Origin: Trichosphaerium sp. ATCC 40318
Lineage: Eukaryota > Protista > Tubulinea
Length of the DNA: 64,000 bases
Direction of reading: 5' to 3'
NCBI GenBank assembly: GCA_038496445.1
Contig: JALMLS010000448.1
Span: 186,001 to 250,000 of the forward strand
Below the pieces are notes generated by a model. That model searched no databases. It had not been told where the DNA came from and worked only from the letters and a program-made list of their open reading frames with translations. The translations under genes and the position numbers were made by a program. The number at the start of each line of letters is the position of its first letter. The first letter of the stretch is position 1. This document shows positions 47,601 through 63,723 of this stretch, one piece after another.

Positions 47601-48471
47601 GTACAAGAGATAAAAAGAAAGCATTAGATGAACTTTCATATGTGCATGCTTGTAGAAACTTCAACTTGCTCAAGCTACTGCTTAACAACTTTTATCCTTT
47701 TAAATTGGAAGAGGTACTTTTTATTCACAGTTATGATCCTAAAATATCTCTAAAACTGAAGTAACATCCACGTGGGACTAATATTTTTTCATCTATTTTT
47801 TAGCTTACTAATAATATTGGCGATACTCTTTTACATACAATTGCACGTCGATGGATAGTTTCAGAGGAAGGTTTTCGTTGTGTTTGGGATGCTTTACCTT
47901 CATGCCATAATATACCGAATAAAAGAGGAATGACACCTTTTCTTATTGCATGTGGTAACTCAGAATCTGCTGGACTGGTAAACCAACATATTTTTTTAAT
48001 CTTGTTTTGTTGACTTTTTTTTTCTAGGTAGTCATGGACTTGATGCTGGATTCAGCAACAGATGCAAGCGCAAGATCAGGTATTATAAAAGATCTTATTA
48101 GTCAAAGAGATAATGAAGGAAACTCTCCACTTCATTTAGCAACGACACTTTATTGTACGCTTTTTACTTCATCTTTTCCTTCTTACCACTTTTTAATGAA
48201 ATTACAAAAAATCACGTGATTTATCATGTTTTTTTTTCTTATGCGAGGTTTATCAGTTGATTGTTTTGACTTAACTAATACATATTGAATAGCACATAAA
48301 CTGGCTCAACGACTTCTTGAGTTAGGACATGAGCCTTATCCTGTAAATTACAATGGTAAGGCACCTTCTCAATTAATAAATGGAAATATAAAACTGGGAT
48401 CTGAATTTTTGGCGTCATTGAAAAGAATGCAGGTTGCTGCACAAAAAGATACTTCACAAGATATTTTGTGA
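44677..48471 (+). CDS. F-box + LRR + ankyrin-repeat protein, multi-exon (could be two genes)
   Basis: LLPYEILLKVL...SVCR-WR; LETLDLSNCN, VPNLKRLY; ankyrins GSTPFCVA, GSTVLHLAA, GETALSL, GRTPLAVAA, GDTLLH, GMTPFLIAC, GNSPLHLA. Confidence 0.7.
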
Positions 48472-48868
48472 CTTATCCTATTTAAAATAAATTACACAAC
48501 ACTTAGTGAAACATGTTTATATATGTACATCTTATGCCATTACTCTGTAAACACATAAACTACCATTATGGATGTAAGATTCTACAATACATCAATGGGA
48601 AGAAAGCGGATCACTCATTGACTAAACTTGGCGCTTATTTGAATCAACTCAATAGATATCGAAAAGAAAACTGTGTGGTGAAAAAAAAACAGTAATCAGG
48701 AGCCATACCACCTTTGTTTGACGATGCTACCATTGTCTGAAGTTAATATGCTATTGTAAGGTTGCATCTTGGCTTCTATGGTATACTACCAACAACACAA
48801 TCAATCAAGACAAATCAAATGTTAAGGTGCACATTTATTATTACTTTACCGAACAGAAAGATGTTTAT

Positions 48869-49583
48869 TTACACGATTCTATTTTTCGTTCCATTTTTCG
48901 CTTTCCATTTATCATATCGCTGGCCGTTAGTGAGCCACATATAACCACCAGTTCGTATCTTTCCTTTAACATAAATCCTACGCAAACACAACTGTCCGTT
49001 GGAATAATACCAATAGAAGTCTCCATGTCGTTTACCATTTTTGTAGTGATACAGCGCCTTGAGTATTCCTGATTTATACCAAAGCCTACAACGTCCATCT
49101 TTAATACCTGACGTGTAGTTACACTCCTTTGTGACGATGTTTACATTAGCGGTTGAACCAGTATTCCACCGCTTCCATAGCCCTTGTTTTCGAAAACTTG
49201 TATCAAATCTGGTTGTTAGAGCGGTTTGCTTGCAAAGTTGAGCCCATTTTGGGTAAACGTCACGCGAAGAGTTCATAAACATATACTGAACTTCTAGAGG
49301 TAGTTGAAGTATCAAACACGTGCTATATGAATCGACAATTGGTGAAGTCCTAAAGGCCGAAAATAAGTAAAAAAATCGTACGATCAGATTGATTGATTTT
49401 CCTTTCGGAGTTTTCGTACCTCTTGGTTTCACAAATGAGTTTTGAAGAGGTAGATTTCTTAAACGACGCTAATCTGCTCGTAACCATACGAGGGATGAAC
49501 GATAGCGAAAAAACTTTCCGAGTATTCTGATTTATTTTATTGTTCTTGCTTGCCTTCTCCGATACTTTCGTATTGGTTTCCAT
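48869..49583 (-). CDS. MORN-variant (YwqK-like) repeat protein with an F-box-like segment
   Basis: LQLPLEVQYMFM; repeats NYTSGIKDGRCRLWYKSG and HYKNGKRHGDFYWYYSNG; probable single intron after ETKR. Confidence 0.65.
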
Positions 49584-49915
49584 TATACTTTCAGCTACGC
49601 GAAGAAAGGAGATGATTCTTCGCTTGTAACGTTTTGAAAATATAAGACTATTCGAGTTGTGAAACGGATTGAAAACAGGAGGACGTTTTACAAGCTGAGG
49701 CTTGTGTTGTATATGAAACGCAAAACGTGCTCGAGTAAAGTAAAACCTAGCCAAATAAACCAAACAAACATGGATTGAAAACGATCAATTACTCTTGGAG
49801 GCTATTCACGCAAACTGTAAGCAAATTGCCTTGCCGTTGTACTTTCTTATTTATTATAGGTAGAGGTAAGCAGAACAGGAAGGTTATTTTCTGAAAACAC
49901 TAAGTACTTTATTAT

Positions 49916-51815
49916 TTACACTTTGTTCAAACATTTGCTTAATTCTGAAACTATTCCTCTTATTCTATCATCAACGTGCTGATATCCACCACCATTCTGA
50001 ACATAAGCAACTGCTATTTGCTTCTCTACATTCCATCCCCAGAAAGAACCACCTAGAAGAAAAGAAAGTTACAAACAAAGATGGCTACAAGCTGCAGTAC
50101 CTTTTCCACAACCACCAGTAAAAGGTATGTCAAACCATTCGTCCAGGTTTCTGAACCCTCCTTTTGTCCATATAAGTTTACCACCCATAACTCTATCATA
50201 TTTAGGACCTGTGTGCTCATTCATCTGGAAAGACAATGAGTACTAAAAAACAAGTATTCACACGAACTGCTGTTATTTGCTCTTCACTTAGGAGTTTATG
50301 GTTTGTCTCCTTATCAGTTCCGCCCATAGCCACAACATTAGCTATACGCGCGAGGCTCTTTGCATTTGTTAGAGCTCCACAAGAAGGTAACTCAGCTCTC
50401 ATGCGAGTCCATTTCTTCTCAACAATCTCTGATAAAGAAGAAAAGTAAGAACGTGCAAAAAAGAAACAAAAGTTGAGAATAAAAGACACCAACCATTAAC
50501 AAGAATTGATCGTTCTCTTGGTATGAAATCAGTTTCATATCCAGGAATAAGAAAAGCATAAGAAAGATACCTTAATGAACATATAAGTACTACAACGAGA
50601 ACGAAAAAATAAAACCCACGTGACTATTTTTTCTTTGACTTACGTTTCGCTTTTTTTATCCAATACCAGTTTAGGCATAGTGTACTTTAAAAACTTCATA
50701 CTTTTGTCCAAGTAATTTTCAGGTAGTAAAAGCTTTGGTGCAACGTTTGCAGCAAACCACACAGGTGAGATATCATGAAACTCTGAAACACGTTCCAAAA
50801 CATCTTTTTCGATTTCTGGATCTTGTGGGATACCAAGAATATAGTCAACATTACCAAGTGGCTCTGTTATTTCCTCTGTAATAAATTTCCCCAAACTTGC
50901 AAGATTGAATTAGAACTTGAAGAAGGTACAACGATCGATTCGTTTCTTCTTCAAAATAGCATACCTGCGCTTCTTTGGGTCTACTCGGCGTACAAGTTCA
51001 TTTATATAAAACCCACGTGAAATAGCTATAAATATTAATACGAAATTAATAGATTGAGGACTATAACATACCATGATAAGCATATTCAGGGTCTTCCTTC
51101 CTAAAACATGAACGTGTTAAAACCTAAAATCGTGTCTAAGCAAATACCACGTGCCTTGGTTGATTTCGCTTTTGTGAAGCCAAACGTGATGCCAATACAT
51201 CCAAGTCACATAGTTCATCAACTGATATTGCAGGAGGGTCAATCATGTGTAAATCAGCCTGCATCATAAGAAGCTCTTCAACTGTTATATCCTCCTTTCC
51301 AGCACAAGAAAATTCAGGCCAATGCTTTCCGACTTTATCACTTCCTTTGAGCAAACCTCTATCAATTAGCATATTTACGGCTAAAGCTGACTGTAAAAGT
51401 AATGAGCACGTGATAAAACGTTGTTTACAATATTTAGGTTATACCATTGCTTTACAGCTTGACCATACGATGCTGAGTGAATCTAGGTCGAAGGTACCAG
51501 GTTCACTACCACTAGAACGGTTTTTCGTTCCGCCATACAGCTCTACGACCTTTTCTCCTTTTACTACAATTGAAGGTCATTACGTTGCGTATTTTTTCGC
51601 TTTTCGCACCGTATATAACCACTGCAGCACCTACTTCATGGTTTCTATCAAAGTTTTGTTGGAATTTGTCCTTTACGCTCTCAAACCCTGACGCAATATT
51701 CCCTTGCACCTTAGGTCTACATAATTGGCGTTAAATTAGAATACACGTTATCAGTTATCAATTCTTACGTTTGCTTCCAAAACAATGAGGACAACGGGTT
51801 AACAGACCCAAACAT
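49916..51815 (-). CDS. Beta-lactamase-related serine hydrolase, multi-exon
   Basis: GFESVKDKFQQNF, EVGAAV, WSSCK (SxxK), HWPEFSCAGKEDITV, AYHG, ELPSCGALTNAKSLAR, GAGGS. The start codon is uncertain. Confidence 0.85.
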
Positions 51816-52127
51816 AGCGACTTTTGGTTTAGTGAGCTCCTTAACGGCAATATCTAAGTAAACGCCTTGAAAATGACGTGGCTGCTTCAGTAAACGTCTT
51901 GTAGTGACCACGTTGCGATAACGCTTCGGATATTTAAGTAAAACCTTTTGATGAGAATAACTACAATTTACGGTTGGCTTGGACGCCTCACGTGATCTAC
52001 AACGTTCTAGGAAGTGATATTTTAGTCTTACGCGCCCTATCGGGAACATATAGTTGCTTAAAAGCAAGAATGGCTATCCGAAAGTGTTTGACTTGAGTCT
52101 CAAGTGTCAGAACTCTCAGAAAGCACC

Positions 52128-53987
52128 ATGTCATTATGCGATTCATTTGGACTTCCTGTTACCACTGGTACGCTGTTTTAAGGTTTACATAAGTATTAAT
52201 ACGGCCATAGACCAACAAGAGGTTGTTGATGTCATTAACAAATACACAAACGCACTCTTACACTATAAATGGGGTGCTGATATTATTTGGAAGACGGAAT
52301 GGAATGATCCGCTGCCAAATATCTTTTCAGCCATGCTAGCAATGTTTTCTATCGGTACATGCGTTGAAGACGCCCTGAAAGTACTAACCACAACGTTACA
52401 AGGTTGGAATGACTCATTCCGTCAAAAAGCTAAGGATTACATCTTAAAGGCTTCAAAACGTATAAGCACTGCCAATCAACGCGAAAAATTATACTACAGT
52501 GCGTGTCAAAGTTGGATGAATGGAGATATTTCAGGAGCAATCACAAGTCATGAACAAATTGCTGATTTGTTTCCAACTGACATCTTCTCGGCGTGGGTAG
52601 CAAACGTGCACGTACGTATGACCGCAACCAAAGCATATTCCACCGTATAGTGTACTTACATAACACTAGTGCCTTTACAACGGTTCACAGGATCGTATGT
52701 TGACGTTAATGAGAAAAGTTTTTGATGAAAAAAAATATCTTTCTTATGGATTACGTGCTTTTGCTGAAGAGGAGAAGAATAATTTTAAAATAGCTGAGGA
52801 TCTAGGAAAGAAGGTGTGACTTAGTCTTTGGTTGCCGCTTCCCTCATTTACTTACTCTGGTTAGGGTACTAGTATGGCACCTGATAAGTGTCATCCATGG
52901 GCACACCACGCTGTTTGTCATGTATGTAATGATATAAAGAGTAACTAGTTTGTTTTCTTATTGCTTTAGGTCCTTGATTCAAGAGGAAGGGTTGAGGAAG
53001 GTATAGAATGGATGGAGTCTTTATGTCATACGTGGGAAGGTTGTAATTCATTCATGTATACTCATAACTGGTACGCTTAAGAGCTTCTTTTTTTCTTTTT
53101 TTATCAAAGAGTTGGCTTAAAATTATGAAGGTGGCACATGTCCTTGTTGTATATGGAGAAGGAATTAGTAGACGAAAAACAGGTTATGGAGGTTTACAAT
53201 GGTAAGATATGGGGCGAAAAAGAGTGGCATGCTGATCCAGAAGTAATTGCAAACGCAAGTATGTTGATAAGCTTTTTCTTCTTTCTTGTACGTTTTTGGG
53301 TTACCATCTCTTAGTTGGCTTATTATGGAGGCTTGAATTACGTACAGGATCTCCTGTTAGTTTATGGGAGAACTTAGCTGATAGCATCGCACCTAAAATA
53401 AAACAACACGTGCAACGTATTGTAGCTATTTTATCTCAAAAACACTATGTACCGCCTTTGTTCTCTTTCTCATCGTCTCTAGCTTTCCTCGATTTACACT
53501 ATTGTTATGCTTTGGCTAGAGCGGGTAAAACAGAAAGACTAGATGAGCTCAGGTTAGGCTTCAGACCTAGAAATGTTATATCTTAATCAAAACCTAGAAC
53601 ATCGATGGTTGAACATTATGCAAGCACCAATACTCACGCACTAGGTAATAAAATATTACCAGTTGGTGATGCTATCATGGCCCACGCTAGTGGAAATTTT
53701 GAGGATGCCTATAAGCACTTTAAAACGTGCAATGAAGGTATGTGAGAGGCAATCACGTGGTATCTTTTAACACGTCGTTTTTCTTATTTTTTTTTAAAGG
53801 TGATGTTCTATCAATTGGTGGTTCTAATGCACAGCGTCGTCCTTTTGAAATGACACTAGTTGATGTATTAATTAAAACAGGGCGTTATGGAGAGGCTTTA
53901 CCTATCCTCACGGAAAGAGAGAAGATTGAAACGAATCCTGTTGCTACAACTAAAAAAGCTCTTGAGATCATACATAAAAATATGTAA
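52128..53987 (+). CDS. TTC38: Tetratricopeptide repeat protein 38-like, multi-exon
   Basis: FPTDIF, PWAHHAVCHV, EGIEWM, FMYTHNWWH, GLLWRLEL, IGGSNAQR. Confidence 0.8.
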
Positions 53988-54443
53988 TTCCTTTCGTTAC
54001 ATAAAGTATAGTTGCCTGACTGTACCAGTTTTAATGACTACTATAGCTGGTATCAACGTTGGTACAAGGTACTACTCCACTTTGGTACTTTGTAAGAGTG
54101 GCAGTGCGCCGTTAGCCTAATCTGAAACGACACAAAAATAAAACGTGGCAGAAAGGCAGGGAGGGGTAGTATAAATTGAGAGGATCAAAAAAAGGGACTT
54201 GGTTCTCAATAATTTAAGATCACTAACACAAAAAAAACCACAAAAACAATTTTCAACGATTCATTTCCAGTTAATGGAAAAGTTAACACAAAAATTTAAA
54301 CCATACGTTTGTGTAGATGCTCTTTTATCAAAAAGCGTACTCCGTGTAGATTTTCTGTACTGGGTTACACAAGGTCAAATTGAACTTAAAGTTGTGTTAA
54401 GTCGTAAACGAAAGCATAAATCAAAAAAATCAAACGAATCACT

Positions 54444-54883
54444 ATGGGAGGACTAGTAACTTGCTATTTACACTGCGTATACCCATGCTGTTCTTCTAGT
54501 GGATACACTGTACGCTGTACGTAAGCGATTAAACCATTTGTCTTTACATACCAAACTGTACACCGTTACCGCTGTTTTTCGAAGGTTAAAAATAGATAGT
54601 TGTGATTTCTAAATAACAGTTCGTTTTTATGCACTAAACTTACTCTACTTGCTTAGCAAGGGATCCTCGGGATGTAGAAAAGAATATAGAAGTAAATGAA
54701 GAGTGCTCCCCTTGTTTCAGAATTATACCTTGGATGTGTTGTTGTTGTTTGTATCCACTCTCACGCTGCTGTTCATGGCTTGATTTCAGATGGGATGCAA
54801 ACACAGGTGGTTGTGGGCATGATATGTTCTGTGCTTGTTGTGGAAAGGTTCTTCTCTTAGATTACGAGGATGGCATACCATAA
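54444..54883 (+). CDS. Small cysteine-rich protein (99 aa, 16 Cys), 2 exons; not in ORF track
   Basis: Exon 1 54444-54516, intron GTACGT...TTAG, exon 2 54657-54883, in frame: MGGLVTCYLHCVYPCC...WMCCCCLYPLSRCC...MFCACCGKVLLLDYEDGIP*. Confidence 0.65.
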
Positions 54884-55090
54884 AAAAAAAAAAAAAATCA
54901 GTTTCAAAGGGACTGACTCTTCAAACTACTTGGAAGAAAATGCTCGACAACATAGTGTAAATATTTGTCTCTATGCCATAACCATAGCAGTGTTGAATGT
55001 CAAATAAAAGACAGGAACTGAGTAATATTGGATCAAACTACCCTTTCTGAACAAGTTTGTAAATTGCTGATGATTTTTATTGTATGACCA

Positions 55091-56014
55091 CTACAGTTTC
55101 AAAAATGATTGAGAGTACTCGTTGCCATAGTCATAGTTGAATATAATGTGTAAAAAAGTGAGAAACTGAAGCTTTGTAAAAGCCATTTTTACATCATTCC
55201 CGAGTTGAGGTGAAATCAATGCAAACATGTCTTTCTGAAGTGCCTCTATTTCTTCAATACCGCCTTCTATGTGCTCAATTTCACTAATAGTTGTATGTTC
55301 ATATGTGTTAGTGTACTTTTTATAAATGGCTTTATTATTGACCCAAAGAGAAATGTCAGATTTAATCTTAATGTCAAGAGGAATCCATGTAGTAGCTTTA
55401 AAAAGAAGATCTTTTTTTTCTATACTTGCTTTAACAGTAGTACTCGAACACAAACAATCGATTGCACGTATTGTAGTTTCATCTAAAACAAAGATCAGCC
55501 ACTATGTGTTATAAGAACACATACCTGCATGATGAACTGTAACAAGTTTGCCCAAAAGAACTAATTGATTTATCTGTTCTTCACTATCACAATTTGGCAT
55601 TGGAAAATCTGCTTCTGGATATAGGCTATAGTCTGTCGAATTCTCTAAAAAGTATCTCATAGACTCTATCCAGGCATTGAAATTATCTTTGAACTCCATG
55701 GTGTGCATGATTGTCGTCACTTGAGATTTTACTGTTGATAACATGTGATGTTTAGCACCTTTGTTGTTTTTGATATTTGGAAGCTTGAGCTGTTTGTTGA
55801 AGTCGTACAATGATTTTACAACTTCATTTCCATAAATACGACCCACACGATCTATGATCTTGTTTGAGAGCGATTCTAAAGGTACTTGGCACTTATTTAG
55901 CTGTACTTTCAGTTCATCATCCGTTAATGACTCCAAAGCGTCTGTACAATGGTTTGTAAGCTTTCTTATCTTCCTGGGAGGTCCGGTTGGTGACAGCGAG
56001 GCGCTACGCTTCAT
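55091..56014 (-). CDS. Orphan family protein, copy 2 (2 exons)
   Basis: Paralog of 6918-7935 and 56566-57516, with the same phase-1 intron position. Confidence 0.8.
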
Positions 56015-56565
56015 TGTATTTAATGTAAACAATAATACTACAATGACTGCTATGATAAGGCGGTTTTAGGTTTACACCTTTCAAAAAATGATGTTTTGTA
56101 TTTCGCAGAAAAGTGTCTTTGCTTTCACCATTTTTACATTTTTTAACCGTCAGTTTTGAGTAGCATTGTACTCTACTATATACTGATAAGCGATTTAATT
56201 GTCGTCACTGTACAGCCATTAGGTGTAATTGTCTTTCACCCTTTTTATTTCCCAGAATCCCGTAAAACTAAATGACTCTCATAGCACTTTTCAGTGATTA
56301 AAAAACGGTTTCAACTTAAAATGACTTTCAGTGTATTTGGAATTGTCTTTGGTAAAGCCGTTTGTAGTATCACACACACTGGTTCCAAAGGAACTTGAAC
56401 GAACTCATGCCTTGGTTGTTGTACAAAGACAGGACAAGTGTACTTAAGGTACCTCGTAAGTTGGAAGTACTTTTTTGTAAGGCTGATATGTAACAGTTAG
56501 TACCAAGAAATTTGTAAGACAATTCACTAAGTAACCTGGAACAACAAGAATAGAATTTAGTATAT

Positions 56566-57516
56566 TTATATAGCCAAGAAATTATTCAAGTCTACACTGT
56601 CATGGTTAAATATAATGTGTAAAAAAGTGAGAAACTGAAGCTTTGTAAAAGCCATGTTTACATCATTCCCGAGTTGAGGTGAAATCAATGCAAACATGTC
56701 TTTCTGAAGTGCCTCTATTTTTTCAATACCACCTGTTACCTGTTCATCTCTATCACTGTATCGCTTATATATAACCCCACCATTTTGATAAAGTGATAGC
56801 TCAAATTTAATAGTCCCATGAGGAAACCACGTAATAGATTGGAACATAAGAAATATGCCATCTTTACCTGTACCAACAGTTGCTCTAGCTTCTTTTTTAG
56901 AACAACTATCGGTGTCTATTTCTATCTTAGTTTTACCTACAACAAGATAAACAACAGGGAACATTTACCAACGATTTGCTGTGCTAGATAGTAAATAAAG
57001 TGACCACATACCCGCATGATGAACTGTAACAAGTTTGCCCAAAAGAACTAATTGATTTATCTGTTCTTCACTATCACAATTTGGCATTGGAAAATCTTCT
57101 TCTGGATCAAAACTCTCCTCATTTGGCCTATAGTCTGTCGAATTCTCTAAAAAGTATCTCATAGATTCTATCCAGGCATTGAAATTATCTTTGAACTCCA
57201 TGGTGTGCATGATTGTCGTCACTTGAGATTTTACTGTTGATAATACTTGATATTCAGCATGTTCATTTTTTCTGATATTTGGAAGCTTGAACTGTTCGTG
57301 GAAGTCGTACAATGATTTTACAACTTCATTTCCATAAATACGACCAATACGATATGTAATGTCGCTTGAGAGTGATTCTAAAGGTACTTGGCACTTATTT
57401 AGCTGTACTTTCAGTTCATCATCTGGTAATGACTCCAAAGCGTCTGTACAATGGTTTGTAAGCTTTCTTATCTTAGTAGGAGGTTTATCAAGTGATAATG
57501 AGGCTCTACGCTTCAT
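56566..57516 (-). CDS. Orphan family protein, copy 3 (2 exons), tandem with copy 2
   Basis: Exon 1 is nearly identical to copy 2; both share the IEALQKDMFALISPQLGNDV...FLTFLHIIFN tail. Confidence 0.8.
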
Positions 57517-57778
57517 TGTATTTAATGTAAGGAATTGACTCAGATTATCGATAAAGCAACAAAGACTTGTACGGAAATGAAAAAGAAAAAAATATTAAAT
57601 AGAGTTCATTGAATTAGGACTTAACATGTCCTACACTTTAACTCAAACTGAGATTGAGTGCGTCGTGACAATTAAAGATATATCCAAGGGTTTTAAAGTC
57701 TCCTTATAATGTCGCAGCAAAACAATATCTAACAAGAGTTTACAGAACAATTATTTTTGGGTAGAAAGGAAAGCAGTT

Positions 57779-60069
57779 TTATTCTTGTGGAATTTCAAGC
57801 ACTGCAATAGTTGAAGGTTCTACGACTATCTTGTAAATTCCATCTGATGCTCTAATGCTTTTTGGAGAGGAAGTACCAATTGGTTTTCCGTCTTTGGAAT
57901 TATCAAATGTTTGAGCTTGCAAAACTTAGCACGTGGGAAAACGTATTTTCGTTGATTAACGTACATGCATAGGTGAGTCCGTATTTCGAATATACGCCTT
58001 CTTTACCTTCCAGTACCTTTAGCATTGCGTCTTGGGTTCTTTTGGTTCCTGGTGGAGTGATAGATACACTTGCTGAGGCGCCTTAATTTGTTTTTAATAC
58101 CCAGTTTTTTGCCAAGCTATTATTACCTTTATAGTTCTTATGTATGATTATCACTTGGTATTTTCCTTGGTTCTTAACGGTCCATACTTTTACCAAACTA
58201 TCATCAGAGGTAACTTTTGAATCCACGATAACGGAGTTATGGCTAGTTGTAGTAGCAAAGACCCACATAGCTTTCACAAGTTAACAAAACGATCAAAAAA
58301 ACCAAATGAAGGGACAGGTACCATAGTACAATGGTCTAACATCTGGAACATTAGGATCACTGAAATCAAAATCAATAGGACCATAGATACTTCTAGGGCC
58401 ACCATGGAAGTTAATACCAGCCGCATTAACCTATAAAAGTGTAAGACAGCAGAGAAAATTAGGTGAAACATTCAAATCAAAAAAGCAACGTGTTATGTCA
58501 AGAAACACGTGCTTGCTGCAGACAAAGCTTTGTAAAAAATCTCTATGTAACTCTACCTTTGCTAGATTGAACATAAAGTCTACACCCCATAGCGCTGCAC
58601 CTAAGATATCGCTAGAAATGAAACTATCAAAAAAAAACAAGTAAAAAAACCAGCCATACCTAACGTTATGTTGTCCACCACATGCAACAGAGTTAGATTC
58701 TCCAATATAATAAGGTAGACCTAATTTTGCGGCATCTGCTATATATGGAGCTTGAACAGCTGCCTAAAAAGAAGTCAGCACTATTTTCAAAAAATGTACT
58801 AACCTGATCCACAGATGATGCATCTTCTAGCAGTTTCTCAAGAGTGGCTACGTTACCGTTACAGTGGTTTTCCGGATATCTATGGTATGATATTGTTTTC
58901 AAAAATGCACGGTCTGTATCCATGTATGTTGGTAGTCCTGGAGAAGGCGTAAACGATCACAAAATGTGTAACAACTTTAACAAATATGTACCCTTTTCGA
59001 AGTCGCCCTTACAACAAAATGTTGCTCCTTGGATATGTTTCTTTGGAATCTTTGTCTCGGAATATATAGCATCTGCGTATAGTTTAAAGTCTCCCATGTA
59101 GTCATCAAATGAGTATCCAGAAGGCCTTAATGAATATTAAGTGACATTAAATGAGAGTTGTTTGTTTTTCTTTTTGTGCGTCATAGCGCAACTGGTACCT
59201 TATGCCATTTTCTCCAAACAAATCGCACTCGTTACCAATTTCGATAGCGCTTACATGGCTCCATCCTGTATATTTATCAATCGCGTTCACATGATTAAGG
59301 GCCCATGAAGCATTCTTTGGCTGCAAACAATATTAGAACACGTGAAAATCACATGTTACAATCGCCGGTGCTGTACCTCTCTAAACACTACGCCAGGCAC
59401 CCACGATCCGTTAAACTGCTTTACACAGTTATCAACAGAGTATAGATCTACATCTGTAATATCATATGTGATCCCTGAAGGCTTAGGGTTATTATCTGGG
59501 TTCCACCTAAGATTACGTCATTTTGTAAAAATAACAGCAAAAACTTTCCAAAAAGTTTGGACTTACCATGACTCGTCAGCACTGTTTCCGCCGATTCTAA
59601 GCAGTAATAATTAACCACGTGATATTTTCAAACCATCACGTGCGCACCTGAGAATAGTTCCCGCTTGTCCAGGAGTGACGCACAAGTTCTTTACCAAATT
59701 GACAAATGACTCCTTTGGAGGTGCTGGGTACTCACCAACCATCGATTTTGCAGAAGGTACCTCGAATACATAGTTAGTAGGTGGCCATTTTTAAGCGAGC
59801 GTTCGCTCCTTTTTTTGAAAAACTTTTGTTTTTTTCGCGAGGACTCTTCTTTCGTTAAACTACGCACTTCAATTGAAAAGCCTGCAAAGTTTGGACGAAT
59901 AGGGTTTGAAATGGTATTGCCTTGGATATCTACAGTGATCGTAGAGGTAGAAACAACCGCAATAAAGGCGAATAACAGAAGTAATGTTACTAAGCGCGTT
60001 AGTCATTAAAACAAAACAATTATAAGGGTTGTGTCAAAAAATAAAGGACGTACGGTCAGTGTGAAACAT
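57779..60069 (-). CDS. Secreted glycoside hydrolase family 79 (beta-glucuronidase/heparanase-like), multi-exon
   Basis: Signal peptide; FAGFSIE, IRIGGNSAD, IEIGNECD (acid/base), SYHRYP, YIGESNS (nucleophile), GAALWGVDF, NFHGG. Confidence 0.85.
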
Positions 60070-60405
60070 TGTTGGCCGTTTTAAGAAAAGTAGTTGACTT
60101 TTTGCTTTTTGGTTATGAAAAGCACGTGTAATTGTACTAGAAAATTTCGTCGAAGGTGTCTACCTATAAGACGGGATGTTGTGTACAAACATGTAAGAAC
60201 ATCGTTTCAGAGTTTTTTAGGAGGCCTATTGAAGGAAACGAAAAATAAGTTCTTTGTCAGAAACTTTTGTTTTATTTGTTCCTTTTTTTATGAATTTCTG
60301 TTACTTAACTGTCGTCAAGTATGTTTAATCTGGTTCTTTTCTTAACAGGTAAAGAGCTACTTAATCCTCTCCTTGGATTATGGCTGAGACTTCTTCTCTC
60401 ACCAC

Positions 60406-63620
<3,215 letters not shown>

Positions 63621-63723
63621 GGTACAAACAAAACGAAATACGCTGTTAATATGTATTCACAGATTGGGACTTATGCCACCAGTACTTAATTGGCACAAAT
63701 TTTATAACGGTAAACTTCCCGCC

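Noticed and set aside
54881-54897. Poly-A run right at a stop codon, suggesting a retrocopy
   Set aside because: The gene retains an intron, and A/T homopolymers are common throughout the window.
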